A stretch of 63,967 nt of DNA, filler included, from Conidiobolus incongruus B7586 (Eukaryota), in NCBI GenBank assembly GCA_000697335.1. It is 10 parts of 10 records of this genome, joined end to end, with 100 filler letters (N's around TTAATTAATTAA, not from the genome) between each part and the next. Parts side by side here need not be neighbours in the genome. Positions count along the whole stretch, not along the records: positions 34,768 to 56,330 come from JNEM01007103.1; 9 more parts are not named here. The stretch is one strand, 5' to 3'. A program made the translations under genes and the position numbers. Positions 43,005 through 54,895 of the stretch are shown here, piece by piece. The notes below the pieces were generated by a model. The model was given only the letters and a program-made list of their open reading frames with translations. It was not told the origin of the DNA and ran no database searches. Numbering within the stretch: position 1 is the first letter of the stretch; the number at the start of each line of letters is the position of its first letter.

Positions 43005-44004
43005 ATACTTAAAATTGCGGCTAATTCCACTGATATTCCGACTAGGGTCCTGACAGTCACCTTGAAGGGTCTAAAATATATGATACCTACCAAAATTTCA
43101 GAGACGACTGGCTTTAATTGCTGAACTGTAGATTGCAATTATAAAAAAGAACTTGAGTGTGGTTTTGATCCAAAGACTTACCATATTTCTCTATGTTAAG
43201 AGAAGATTGAATTCAGTGTTCGTACTGGCTGAAAATCAAAGTAAATCGGTTAGATATCTGAAAACATAATTAGCAAAATGAATCATGGGGTGTATAAGAA
43301 ATATATGAATTAAGCTAATATTGATAAATCTCTCAACCTTGAAGAATTCAGGGTTGATAAAACTACCATTTGGCGCTTTCTGAAAATAATTTCTAAAAGG
43401 TAAACCATTCAGAAAATGAATCAATACAACACTCAAACCCTGCGAAAAAGGCTAAGGTAACAAAGGAGCCTAAGCCAGAAAAAAGTGATCAGGTCAGCAA
43501 AGAATCCTATGTCAGGTAATTAGCCTGAATCTGCAATTCAACCAAAACTTGCCAAGGAACCTCAGTCTGTGGAGAAAGTTAAATTATAAAAATTATGTAT
43601 TTCATTAAAAACACTTGACTCAGTCAAACAATCTAGATCAACTAATAGACCAGATCAACTGAAAGAGCCTATATTGACATCCGAACCTGAATAAATTGGC
43701 TCCAATTAATCAATTTATCAGAACAAATAAAAAAGCTTGAATTGATCAAGTTTCAGAGCCAACAAACCAAGCTGAACCAACAAAAGAACCTGAATTATCA
43801 TACGAGTTTATTTTCAAATTAGTTAAGGAACATGTATTAGAAAACGAATCTGATCCAGTATATGGTCATAAGGAGACTAAAGAACATGAATTAATCTAGG
43901 ATCTTTTATCAGAAAGTTACCTTGTAGCATTAGAGCTTCCTGATTCAATATCTGACCTTGTGTCTACGAATGAACAAGCTAAATGATTTGTATGATGTCA
44001 CTAA
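43005..44004 (+). pseudogene. Transposase-derived HTH family paralogue 1 (pseudogene, long form with E/P-rich tail)
   Basis: Start decayed to ATA CTT (for ATG CCT). STDIPTRVL...GFDPKTYHISL...LNLEEFRVDKTTIWRFLK aligns to 44870-45658 with many stops. KEPE/EPT-type repeats run to ~43990. Confidence 0.85.
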
Positions 44005-44700
44005 TATCTATAAAATTTTCTAAAATTTTATTTTCAATATAACTGAGATGAATAGTATTTTAGCTATTTTACCATCAATGGTGTAAGATTGAATTAGATG
44101 AATATAAGCATTTGCACTACTTTATGTTGAAACCAAGGGAAAAAAAGTACTGAGTTTAATGGTTATTTGTGATGTTCCAGTACGAAAAAATAAATTCAAA
44201 TCAGAATTATGATTGCAATTATGAATATAATTTTGCAAGTGATACTATTAGTCTGTTTCTAATCAATTGTCCTAGTTTATCGACATTGATAAATACTTAA
44301 TTGTGATAAATGACAGTTTTATTATATAATAACTAACATAATAAATGAAAATTATTAATTCATTCCAATATGCATAAGTGTTTATTTTCTTTTAATAAAT
44401 ATTATTTTGTTCTATAAACTGCAAGATTAATTTATTATTAGGTTTAAAATATATATGGATATTAAAAACATCGCCAAATTTGGATATTAGACTAGACCAT
44501 AATCAAACATCTATAGTCACCAATATTATATTGTATATTTGTGGATTTTTCAATATTTTAGGAATGAATATTTACAATTTTGTTTCAGCGTAGATTGGGG
44601 TGAATTTTGTGCATTAAATTTGAGCTAAACTTTCTGGATAGATTTATCTCTAATTTAATTTATAAAATTTATTTCTAGCTTTGATGAAAAATCAAGATAA

Positions 44701-44803
44701 TGATTGGTTTGTCATTGGATTAAACCAATGAAAATTATTTACCAATCAGATCAATGACTCAATTACTGAAATTAACTAAAATGGTGAAAAACTAATGTCC
44801 AAT
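44701..44803. promoter_or_regulatory. Cluster of five CCAAT boxes upstream of HTH paralogue 2
   Basis: ATTGG at 44703 and 44714; CCAAT at 44725, 44742 and 44799. The first four are arranged as nested inverted repeats, 70-170 bp upstream of the ATG. Confidence 0.55.
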
Positions 44804-44869
44804 AGGTAAAAAAAGAAACATGAGAAATAAAAATTAAATCTGCTTTTTCACATTATTTTCCAATTAAAA

Positions 44870-45658
44870 ATGCCCAAAGCTGCGAATACAAGTAATACTG
44901 ATATTCCAACGAGAGCTATGGTTGTTGCTCTTAAGAGTTATGGAGACAAAAATGCCACAGAAATTGCCAAGATAACTGGTATTACCTGTAGTACCGTTAA
45001 CCGTATCTACAAAAAAGCACTTGAACGTGGTTTCGATCCGAAAGCTTACCCCATTTCTTTACGTATGGAACATCTCCAAGATGAGTCCCGTTCAGGTCGA
45101 CCAATGGTACAGACGGATTATGTACACCAAGCTGTAATCAACAAAGTGTCCGATATTGAGCATGGAAGAGGATTAAACTTAAAAGCTATTTCTAAAGAAC
45201 TTAACCTTGAAGGAGTCAAAGTGGGTAAAACTACCGTATGGAGAATTTTGAAAAACTCTGGGTTCCAGAAGATAAAACCCAGTAAAGAATCAGAGTCAAC
45301 CAATGAACAAGGGCCTGCCAATCAATCCAAGTCAGTTAATGCCTTCGAACTACCAAAGGGACCTGAAGTAACCATCATACCTGAAACTGCCAAAGAACCT
45401 GAGTCAATAAACGTACCTCAATCTACCAAGAAACCTGAACCAATGAATGAACCAGAACCAGAAAAGAATCTTTCACCAATTAAATTACCCAAGTCAGCTG
45501 ACGAAGTCGAATCAAAGCAGGAACTTGAATCGGCAAATAACTCAGAGTTGGCCAATCCATCCGAGTCAGCGAATGAAGCTGACGCAAGCAAGAAACCTGA
45601 GTCAGCAAAGAAAAATAAGACCGAAAAAGCTATTTGGGTTTGTACAACACAACAATAA
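44870..45658 (+). CDS. Transposase-derived bipartite HTH protein (paralogue 2, intact, 262 aa) with acidic E/P/S/K repeat tail and no DDE domain
   Basis: HTH1 (ATEIAKITGITCSTVNRIY), linker RSGRP, HTH2 (LKAISKEL...VGKTTVWRILK.SGF) as in Tc1/mariner N-termini, then KEPES-like repeats. No TIRs seen. Confidence 0.88.
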   Translation: MPKAANTSNTDIPTRAMVVALKSYGDKNATEIAKITGITCSTVNRIYKKALERGFDPKAYPISLRMEHLQDESRSGRPMVQTDYVHQAVINKVSDIEHGRGLNLKAISKELNLEGVKVGKTTVWRILKNSGFQKIKPSKESESTNEQGPANQSKSVNAFELPKGPEVTIIPETAKEPESINVPQSTKKPEPMNEPEPEKNLSPIKLPKSADEVESKQELESANNSELANPSESANEADASKKPESAKKNKTEKAIWVCTTQQ

Positions 45659-46622
45659 TTTAAAACCATATGAACAAGTTTGCACTTTGTTAAGGTTTAT
45701 ATATTTACAGTTATATTGGATAAATAAATTAAAAAAATCGCTTCTTTTTTATTGTAATCAATTGAATTAAATACATTATGTTCCTTCATGACTGTTTTAA
45801 TAATCCTTATCATCTAATGATTCAAAAACTTAATGTAGAATATAATACAATGGAAATAATATACAGTTTTCAAAATATAACTAAATGATATTTCAAGAAC
45901 AATCTGAGAATAAATAACACCCTTTAAAAGTCCAGTTCAACTTAAACTTCTGGAAAGATTTAAGTAATTTATTTGAATGAGTCAATATTGAATGGGATTG
46001 GAATGGATGGTGAATAAGTAATTGCAAAAAGTATTAATAAAAATATTTAAGATGAAAAAGTTGAGTAATCTCAATATTTTTGATCTCTCAACTAATATCA
46101 TTATTGGAATTTACTAATAAAATCTTCTCCAGTTATTACGCAATTTGAACCCTGATAGAAATTAAAATTATTATCCACAAGCATAATCTAATATTTTACC
46201 ATAAAATTTCAAATATGTAAAATTAGAAAAATAATAGCTATTTCGAAAATATATTGGTTAATATATTTCATATATTATGAAATAAAGTATTTGGATTTAA
46301 TATTTGTAACAAAAAACCTTTTGATAATATAGAATCATTGTATATCATATAAAATATTACTGATTTTTATTTAATGATTAATCTTTATAAATACTTGAAA
46401 AATTTTTAAATTGAAATTCAAAAATTAAATTAAAAAAAATATTGAAATTGAATTGAATTTATCCAATCAATATCTGAGAATAAGGAAGCTAATTCATAAA
46501 AATTGAGAGAGTGGGGTTAGTTTAAAAATTCCTGTCTCATTGATTAAAATGATATATTAAATATAAATTATAACTATTAACTCTTTATCATTATATTATT
46601 ATAATTATTTCACATTTAAAAA

Positions 46623-46940
46623 ATGCCAAAAGCTCAAAGCTCTAGTTACAATGATACACTAATGAGAACTCTGATCGTAGTACTCAAGAGCTACACGGAC
46701 AAGAGTACAGCTGAAATTGAGCAGATGACAGGTCAAAATAAACAGACTATTAATCGTATTTATCGATTAGCTGTGAAGCGTGGTTTTAATCCCGAGAAAT
46801 TGCCTCTCAATTTAAATTTGGAGCACTTGGGAATAAGCCCCAAAGAAACCAAGCCTAAGCCCAAACCTATGAAGAAAATGTGGATGCGACCAGACGAAAA
46901 ATCAGATGATATTGCTGGACCTAATTTTGGATCAGAATAA
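46623..46940 (+). CDS. Transposase-derived HTH paralogue 3 (intact, 105 aa, first HTH only)
   Basis: MPKA..DTLMRTLIVVLKSYTDKSTAEIEQMTG..KQTINRIYRLAVKRGFNPEKLPLNL.LEHL aligns with residues 1-69 of paralogue 2, followed by a basic KPKPKP tail. Confidence 0.82.
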   Translation: MPKAQSSSYNDTLMRTLIVVLKSYTDKSTAEIEQMTGQNKQTINRIYRLAVKRGFNPEKLPLNLNLEHLGISPKETKPKPKPMKKMWMRPDEKSDDIAGPNFGSE

Positions 46941-47870
46941 TACTTTATTGTACAGAGAGGTATATTTAATAAATGAACAAAGAGAAGAAAGACTAACTTT
47001 TTTTCTATTATATTTAAATTTAAGTACTTTGCTAATTATTTATATTTAGTATACAAAGAATATAATATCCCCAATTCTGAAATAAGAGAAAAAGAATCTA
47101 TTCAGTAGAATACATTCACAGCGTATATATAACATTTTGGTGATAACAAGAATAGAGTCCAAGTATACTAATAGTGATCTATAAAGCTTATATAAACATA
47201 ATTTCAATTTTTATTTATTAGGTCAAGAATAGTAACGAGTGTAACTTGAATCAAAAATCATGAATATTACAAATGTAGAACAATGAATATCATTTATTTA
47301 ACTGAATATATTTTATACTCCATATATTATATAATTTATTAAATATACATAGTGTAATATAGTTATATGTAAGAGCATATTACTAAATTTAAAATACAAC
47401 CATACACAGCAATACTAATTTGAAATATAGTGTATATTTAATACACTTAAATTATTTAAATTTATTAACCTGAAGTCACAATGATATTCCTGTATTTTTA
47501 GGACTAAATTTTTGAAATCAAAGAAATATTAAATCAAATTGATATTCAATTAAACATCAAACAGAATATCAATGCAAAAATTTTGAATCTAATAATTTAT
47601 ATCCAAATAATATACGAGTAAATAATTTAAAAATTGTTATTTATTATGAATTCAAGATGATTTATTAATTTTATTTAAATTTATTATTATTTATAAATGA
47701 TTAATACTTTCAAAATATTATAATCAAAGTTGAAAAGTACTCAAATTTGATGATGTGAATCATAATTAATTTATCAAAAAATCAACTGTAAAAAAATTGT
47801 TATTAAAAAATCCCTTGCAAACAGTGATACATTTTTTTTCGTTTCTAACTCTTCAACCAAATAATAAAGA

Positions 47871-48166
47871 ATGGGCAAAGGTTGCAACTGAAACTCACCC
47901 TGTCTAATCAAAGTATTAAAATGGTATTATTTAAGAGCTTAGGGGACAAACCAGCAACTCAAATGGAACAGAGAACAGGAGTCAAAAATGCCTCAGTCAA
48001 TTGAATATACAAATCAGTAATCGATCGTTATTATGACCCAGCAAATTTTTCAATAGATTTAGGTCAAGAACATATCAATTATAAATATAAGAAAGATGAG
48101 GTAAAACCAAAGAGAGTTGGAATGTATGAATTCACAAAGATCAATGGATACCTTGTGTTATTTTAG
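47871..48166 (+). pseudogene. Transposase-derived HTH paralogue 4 (pseudogene, short form)
   Basis: MVLFKSLGDKPATQMEQRTGVKNASVN*IYKSVIDRYYDPANFSIDLGQEHI, with TGA at the conserved Arg and a frameshift near the start. Confidence 0.78.
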
Positions 48167-48619
48167 TAATTGAGGTATTTTTTCAATATAATTAAAGAGC
48201 TTTATCAATAAATAATTTATTCAATAATTTAAATATTAGATAACTTTATCATAGTAAATCAAAAGTTTATTTCTCAAGTTCATAAGATCAAAGAAAGAAA
48301 GAAAAACTATATTAATAATGATAAAAAAAAGTTTAATATAAATATTTTTTATTTAAAACAAATTGAATTATACTTAGTTAAATATATCTATTATAATATA
48401 AAAAATTTATATTCTAAATTTATTATTATTAATTCAAATATTCAATTTATGAAATATTTTTAAAGATTAAATTTTATTAAAAATATAATAATTATTTTGA
48501 TTAAATGAGATATTATAATAAAATTTTTAAATTTGAATAATATTATCATGGAATAAGTTATATCTTTAATAATTAAAATAAAAACAAAATTTAAAATTGA
48601 ATTTTTGTTCATAGTAATA

Positions 48620-48950
48620 ATGTGAGCAACATCTAGTGTCTCCAATACACTCTATTTAACAAAAGCTATAATTGTGAGCTTAATGAGATTAGGCTGTAAG
48701 TCAACAGCCGAACTTGATCAAATAAAAGGAGTAAAGAAAACTATAATTTAACTTGTTTATAAATCTATATTGGACAGTAGTTTTGACTCCATTAAATTTT
48801 ATATTGAATTATCAAGTTTCCAATCAGTCACAAGCCCAAGGTTATTAAAGTTAAACATCCTATAAAGTTAAGATCTGGGTTCAGAAAAGATAATGAGTCC
48901 AAAGTTACTGCTAAATTATTTGACCTTTGTTTGTATTTGAGTCTGATAAT
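48620..48950 (+). pseudogene. Transposase-derived HTH paralogue 5 (pseudogene, short form; 3' end approximate)
   Basis: M*ATSSVSNTLYLTKAIIVSLMRLGCKSTAELDQIKGVKKTII*LVYKSILDSSFDS aligns with paralogues 2-4. Confidence 0.72.
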
Positions 48951-49375
48951 TGAGTTTTTATGATATAGCGAATATGACAAATCAAGTGTATTTTTTATTT
49001 AAGGTATTTTAAATAAACATTGTAAACTGTTTTATACATGATATATTTAATTTTCTAAGTTTATATTTCAAAACAAAATAACAGAATTTTTACAAATCTT
49101 TATTATACACTTGTTCAAAAGATAGATAAACTTAAAAATGATAAATTGTTTAAAATGAAATTTATAAATTGGTGGAATAATGCATTTAATTTCATTTTAC
49201 AATAATTATAGTATTTAATTTTGTTTTTGAAAGAAATATAGTTGATAGTATATTTTTATTGATTAATTATTTAATAATATAAATTTCTTAAAAGGTTTAG
49301 ATTCTTAAGGCTCTTTTTTATGCTTAATACCAATTACCTATCTAATTTGGTAATATTAATTTTTTCAATTGAAAC

Positions 49376-49417
<42 letters not shown>

Positions 49418-49531
49418 ATTTAATAAATTTAAAATCTAAATTATAAATAATAATTGCTACAAATATATAAATATGTTTTGAAATTTATATAACATAGTAA
49501 GCTTATTTTGATATTTAAGTACTTATTGTTA

Positions 49532-52029
49532 TTATTTACCATTAATAGGTTTTTTGTTATCGAGTAATCCGATAATATCTTCAGGAATTGCTGGGACGTT
49601 CCCTGGCTTGTTGGGATTGAAAGATGCCATTTCTGATTGGGTAGGGATAGAGAAGGGTAACAGATGATTAGGGTCTTTGAGTTCGTTTTGGATGGGGTAT
49701 GGAATGGGCTGATTGGACTCAAGAACTGGGGATCTAGTCGGTGTTGCGGATTGGATAGTTATATTATCTATTCCTTCGGCCATTTGAAGATCCAGATCAA
49801 CACTATCAGTATCCTTATGAGAGAGAGTAGGAGATTGCTCTGAGGAAGTGGGTGGGTATGGAGAATTAATGCTTGAATCCATTTCAGAAGGCTCTGAGGA
49901 TATGGTATTTGAATTCTGAGTAACCAAGATTCGAGGTGCTATTTTTGGAGTTGGTGTTGTGTCAACGTCTTGTAGAATCATAGATTGTCTTCCATCCCTA
50001 GTGGCAGCTTTAGATTCCAATTGTTGGCATAAAACTTGGTCAGATGTCACTTTAATATAGTCAACAATTTCGTCAGGAATTCTAGGCTCGTCTGTTTCAT
50101 AACGATAGTTCTCACTAACTCTTCGAATTTGTAGTGGATTTAATTCCTCAAGTGATTTAAGAGTATCAATGAATTCTTGTGAAGAGGTGTGAGATGAAAA
50201 GATTTGAAGGAACTGCAACAATTGAATCAAAGGTTTGAAATGATGATTCAAATGGTGAACCAAGGGACTAGATCCATGGTTACGAATCCAATCTTCAATA
50301 TTAGTGATATTCATTCGAATTTGCATTGCTCTGCTGCGACAACAGTATTTCTTATGTTTCAAAATTTGGTTAAAGAGATGGCAGGAAATGAAATAAATCA
50401 ATTGATTCAAAATGTGATGGACAAGCATAGGATGGACTTCATAAGTTTGTAAAACAAATAACGTATTTCCCAAAATATTAGTAATCGTAGCAGGTGAAGG
50501 TTTGGTTTTTCCATTGATACCAGCGTGAGGGGTCTTTGGCTTCCTTCTCAAACTTAAAGTTCTTCTCAATGATAACGAGGAGCTACCTGAGTCACTAGGT
50601 TGATCCTCAGAATCATCATCATCATCACCGCCTCCAAGTCCAAATAAAAATGATTTTTTCTTTAAGCCAAATTTAGATTCATCCGTTAAACCTGGAATAG
50701 TTTCACAGTTAAGAATGGCCTGATTAAGTTCAAGATGGAGCTTATTTTGAGCTTCTTTTACGAAAAGTTGGTAAATTTCGTGAACCAATTCAGAAAGAGA
50801 CAATTGATGATCGACTGTACCAGCGACAAGGCTGGTGTCTTTCTTAATATAATATAGTAATTGAGTAGTGTTGGCCATCCAAAAAGTAATTAACATGGGA
50901 TCATCTGGATTTTTCCTCAATCTAGTAGTCAATGCGTTAATAAACCCATTCAACAAGCTATCCAATAAATCTGGTGTGCTGTAGTAATGAGCAAATCGAG
51001 CACATAAAAATATGACATTTGCGGGCGCTAGTTTCTGTTCTCTGGTATACATTGGCTTGATATTTGTGACAACAGTTGATAGAATATGGGGTACTTGATC
51101 TTCATTAAAAACATACATTTGATCTGGCATGCATTGATCCCAAATGAATTCAGAATTCATAAAGTCGTTCAATGCTTCATCCTTATACCCATCGTTTTGG
51201 CCATTCATCATATCTTCCAAATTGTTTCCTAAGGTTTCAATCTGAGCAGCTTTATCAGCGTCATATTTGGCAAATTCATCTTGAATTCCATCTGGATCAG
51301 TATAAGCCATACTGTTTATTGATAAAGTATCGAAATCACGAGAGTCGTCTAGAGCATTTAAACTAAAACAACTCGCTACAGATTGTCGCGATTGATGCTT
51401 TCTTTGAAAGTTATAAGATAAAATTTCGGTCAACTTGACACTCTTCTGGTTGCTGTCAGCAGTGATACCATGATTAATAATATCTACAACAGTTCTTCCT
51501 TTAGCAGTTTTAGTAGCTGGGGAAGCGCCATTTTCTAATAATATTTTGACAATATCTTCGTGATTATTATTAGTTGCCCACATTAGTGCTGGCCATCCGA
51601 CTATAGAGAATTAATAGGGTAAATAATTTTGAGTAATTCGATATAAATAAACTTACTTTTATCTTGAACATTAACACTAGCACCATTTTCCAACAAAGTT
51701 TTAACAATATCGAAATAACCAAAGCAAGCAGCATAAACTAGAGGGGGAGTACCGTCCGAATCAGGTTTATCCAAGTCTAAATACTCTCTCACTTCTTTGA
51801 TTAATTTTTCAACCTCCTCCAAGTCGTTATTACTACAAGCTCTCTGTAGGAATTTGGTAAGTTTTTGCGTCTTCTCCTCCTTAGTATAATAATTTTTATT
51901 CGCTATCTCCATAGGAGTCTCCAAAGTTTCGGAAATTAAATCTATTAGAGCTTCGTCTACACTTTGAGTCGAGTTATTCCTGCCATTTCTGTGAGGATCA
52001 GGTGACTGATTTGAAACTACTTCTGCCAT
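49532..52029 (-). CDS. Ankyrin-repeat + DIL (dilute) domain protein, exons 52029-51657 and 51600-49532
   Basis: A 56-nt intron 51656-51601 (GTAAGT..TAG) joins the ORFs. Ankyrin repeats GTPPLVYAACFG and GWPALMWA; F.WDQC.PDQM motif; DIL signature LFNQIL...CCRSRAMQIRMNITNIEDW..LIQLLQFLQ..LNPLQI....NY. Confidence 0.92.
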
Positions 52030-54463
52030 AGTTTAATCTAACAAATTTATTGAATATAAGGTTCTGATGAATATTAGTTGAATATACTGAATATCTGTAC
52101 CTTATTTACAATTTTATAAAATAGAATCAGAATAGAGAGTAGATTTAATATGATATAATTAAATCTGAATAGTATAAAATAATAATCAATTATAAAAGTG
52201 ATTAAGTTGATTTCAAATAACGTATTCAAATAAAGAGCGATAAGAATGAATTTTACTTGTTGAATAATATTAAATTAATGGAGTATTAATGGGAAAAACT
52301 ATATTTACTAAACTTTAAACAAAACTATTAAAATTAATCTATGAACTTATATATTTTAAAATGAAAACCATTAATCCAACCAAATTATTAAATATTCTTA
52401 TCAATATTTTAAAGTTAATAAGCTATTTGTTATTTCATCATTTTAAAGTTAATTTATTTGAATTCAATTTGTTTGCTAATCTATTCTAAATTGGGAACCT
52501 TCATTTTGATAATTTGGATTAAAACCAATATTGCAAGTATCACAGAGATAATTTGGGGATCCATAATTCATATTAACCCCTTTTAATAAACTGTCATTGA
52601 TGAAATTTTTATAATATCAGCATCTATTTTATAAATCAATATATATATTTAAATATTCATTTGGTAATGATTCAGTATTAATAATTAGTAGGGATATTTA
52701 TGCAAGTGTAATTTAAAGTTGAGAAATATAAATTTTATTTTTAAAATGGCATGATATTATAATAATTCAAATATTAATAGGATAACCATTGCATTAAGCT
52801 TTTTCAAAATATACATTTTAAATTTTCTAAAAATAATAGATATTTAATAATATAATCATAATTTAAAATATTCTTAACAATTTCGTCAATTTTTTAATAC
52901 AACAAACATGAATTAAATAATAAATTAATGGATTAATTTCAAGCTTTTGAATATTAAAAATAAAATTAATTATACAATGATAAATCATAATTCCCAATAT
53001 GATTTTTAAAACTAAAAATATGTTATATATTTTAATATTATAACAGATAAATAATAAATAATAAATAATACAAATGAAAACTTAAAATAATTCAATTTAG
53101 ATATCCTTATTAAAATTAGAAAATTAATTTATTGATTTTACTATTCATAATACCCAATATTAAAGTTATATTAATTAAAATGTGAATCAATATCTTTTAT
53201 AATCTTGTATATTTAAATAATATTTCAAAAGAAAATTATTATAAACCCTATAGCTGATATAGAGATAGAAATATGATTTAGTTTTGCAAATTATATTGAA
53301 TCAAACTATATTATTGATAGGGCTATTTGCGTTTTAGAATTGTTCAATTATCATTTGGAAACCATTGATGATATCATTTTTTGTTGATTTAGTCTAGATG
53401 CGTTATTTAAATCCTCTCATTTACATCATAGTAAATGTTCATCCAATTACCAATTTCAAGTCTCTATTATAAACTCCAAATTATATAATAAAATTTTTTA
53501 TTATGATATAATTTTTTAAATTCAATATCAAGGTTGTACATATATTTATATTATTCAGGCTAAAATCCTTTGATATAATTAAAATTATGATTATTTTCTG
53601 AATTTTCTTTTATTAACCCCAGATTATAAACTCACAAATTTAATATTTTTTTGATTAAATTCAAAAGGAGAATTTAAAATATAGCTAAGTTTGAATTGAA
53701 AAATGAAGATCATAATTGTAATGCTGGAGTAGATACATATTACTTTCGTTTAAATATATCATATATATCATTAAAAAATGCTATAATTAAAAACTACTCT
53801 TCCAATTTGAATTCAACAAAGTTAAATTAATAATTCAAGAAATTTTACATTTTAAATTGTTTTAATATAATATAAACTAGAAATCAATGCCTCTATTATT
53901 TTGAATATTAATTCAAATTATTTAAAAATAAGAAAATGGCAGTATATGATTATTTTCACAGTTATTAATCAAATGATACTCTATTAACGAGTAATTTGGT
54001 ATTACAACAAAATCCTCAAGCCCATAGTGTGAATAAATCAGATGTAATAATAATAATAATTATTATACAGAATTAAGTTTATACATATTTATATATTCCA
54101 TATAATCACTCATATATTAGTGTTTGATCATATGTAATATGATTTTTATATTTAATGAATTGTAATTAAATATTAATATAATCATTATTGAACTAAAATA
54201 TATATTAATTTTCTGTATTTTATATATAAATTGCTATATTTTATAAACCACACTAATATCATATCATTTTATAATTTAATTAGAAAAAAAAATCAATATG
54301 ATCACTTAAGACAGGATAGGAATTAATCAATGAATATATAAAATTTATTTAACACTTATAGCACATATTATAAAGTAAATAATCAGATAAGCTAGAACTT
54401 CGTTTTATATATAATAAAGTAGTCATCTTTAAGTTATTAAGTTACAACTTTAAAAAAAATTAT

Positions 54464-54895
54464 TCAAACCTTGAAAGTTGGTCTATGTGTTTGAGTACCT
54501 GTGGAATAATTATTACGATTTCCAATTGCTTGAATATTAGTTGCTTGCTCCTCATCAATTCCTACCCCAGTTCTTCCAATATTTGGTGAATGTTCCAAAT
54601 TTCGAGAATTTTGCAAGTTAGAGACATTTTGTTCGATGGAATCACTTGCTTGTTTAAGTTCAGATATAGTACTGCCAGTTCCAGTATAAAAGCTATCCCG
54701 GTCTCCAATAGACTGAATTTGCTCAAGATCTTGTTCAGTGATTCCTGTATTTTGTTCACCACCAATATTGGCTGATCTATCAACTGCGTTCTGGACTTGT
54801 GACGCATAAGATCCTCTTCCGGTAGGCTGACTTTTTTCAACTTCAGATGCTCCAAATGCATCAGCAGCTTCTTTAGATACTTTATGTTGACTCAT
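54464..54895 (-). CDS. Small hydrophilic SMP/LEA-like protein (143 aa)
   Basis: VSKEAA..GASE......RGSYASQVQNAVDR resembles the seed-maturation-protein motif; two internal GI.E.....IQ.IG.R....TGT repeats; TATA-like element upstream. Confidence 0.65.
   Translation of the reverse strand: MSQHKVSKEAADAFGASEVEKSQPTGRGSYASQVQNAVDRSANIGGEQNTGITEQDLEQIQSIGDRDSFYTGTGSTISELKQASDSIEQNVSNLQNSRNLEHSPNIGRTGVGIDEEQATNIQAIGNRNNYSTGTQTHRPTFKV

Noticed and set aside
42939..43436. ORFs 42939-43124 and 43236-43436 as independent genes
   Set aside because: They are a fragment and an antisense shadow of HTH pseudogene 1.
45118..45770. Overlapping ORFs 45118-45321, 45418-45669 and 45447-45770; also a possible frameshifted DDE domain
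   Set aside because: Shadows of the repetitive tail. None contains DDE motifs such as SDE, QDN or SPDLNPIE.
49441..51366. ORFs 49441-49722, 50204-50452 and 51172-51366 (and 54562-54861, 54590-54775)
   Set aside because: Alternate-frame or antisense overlaps of well-supported genes.
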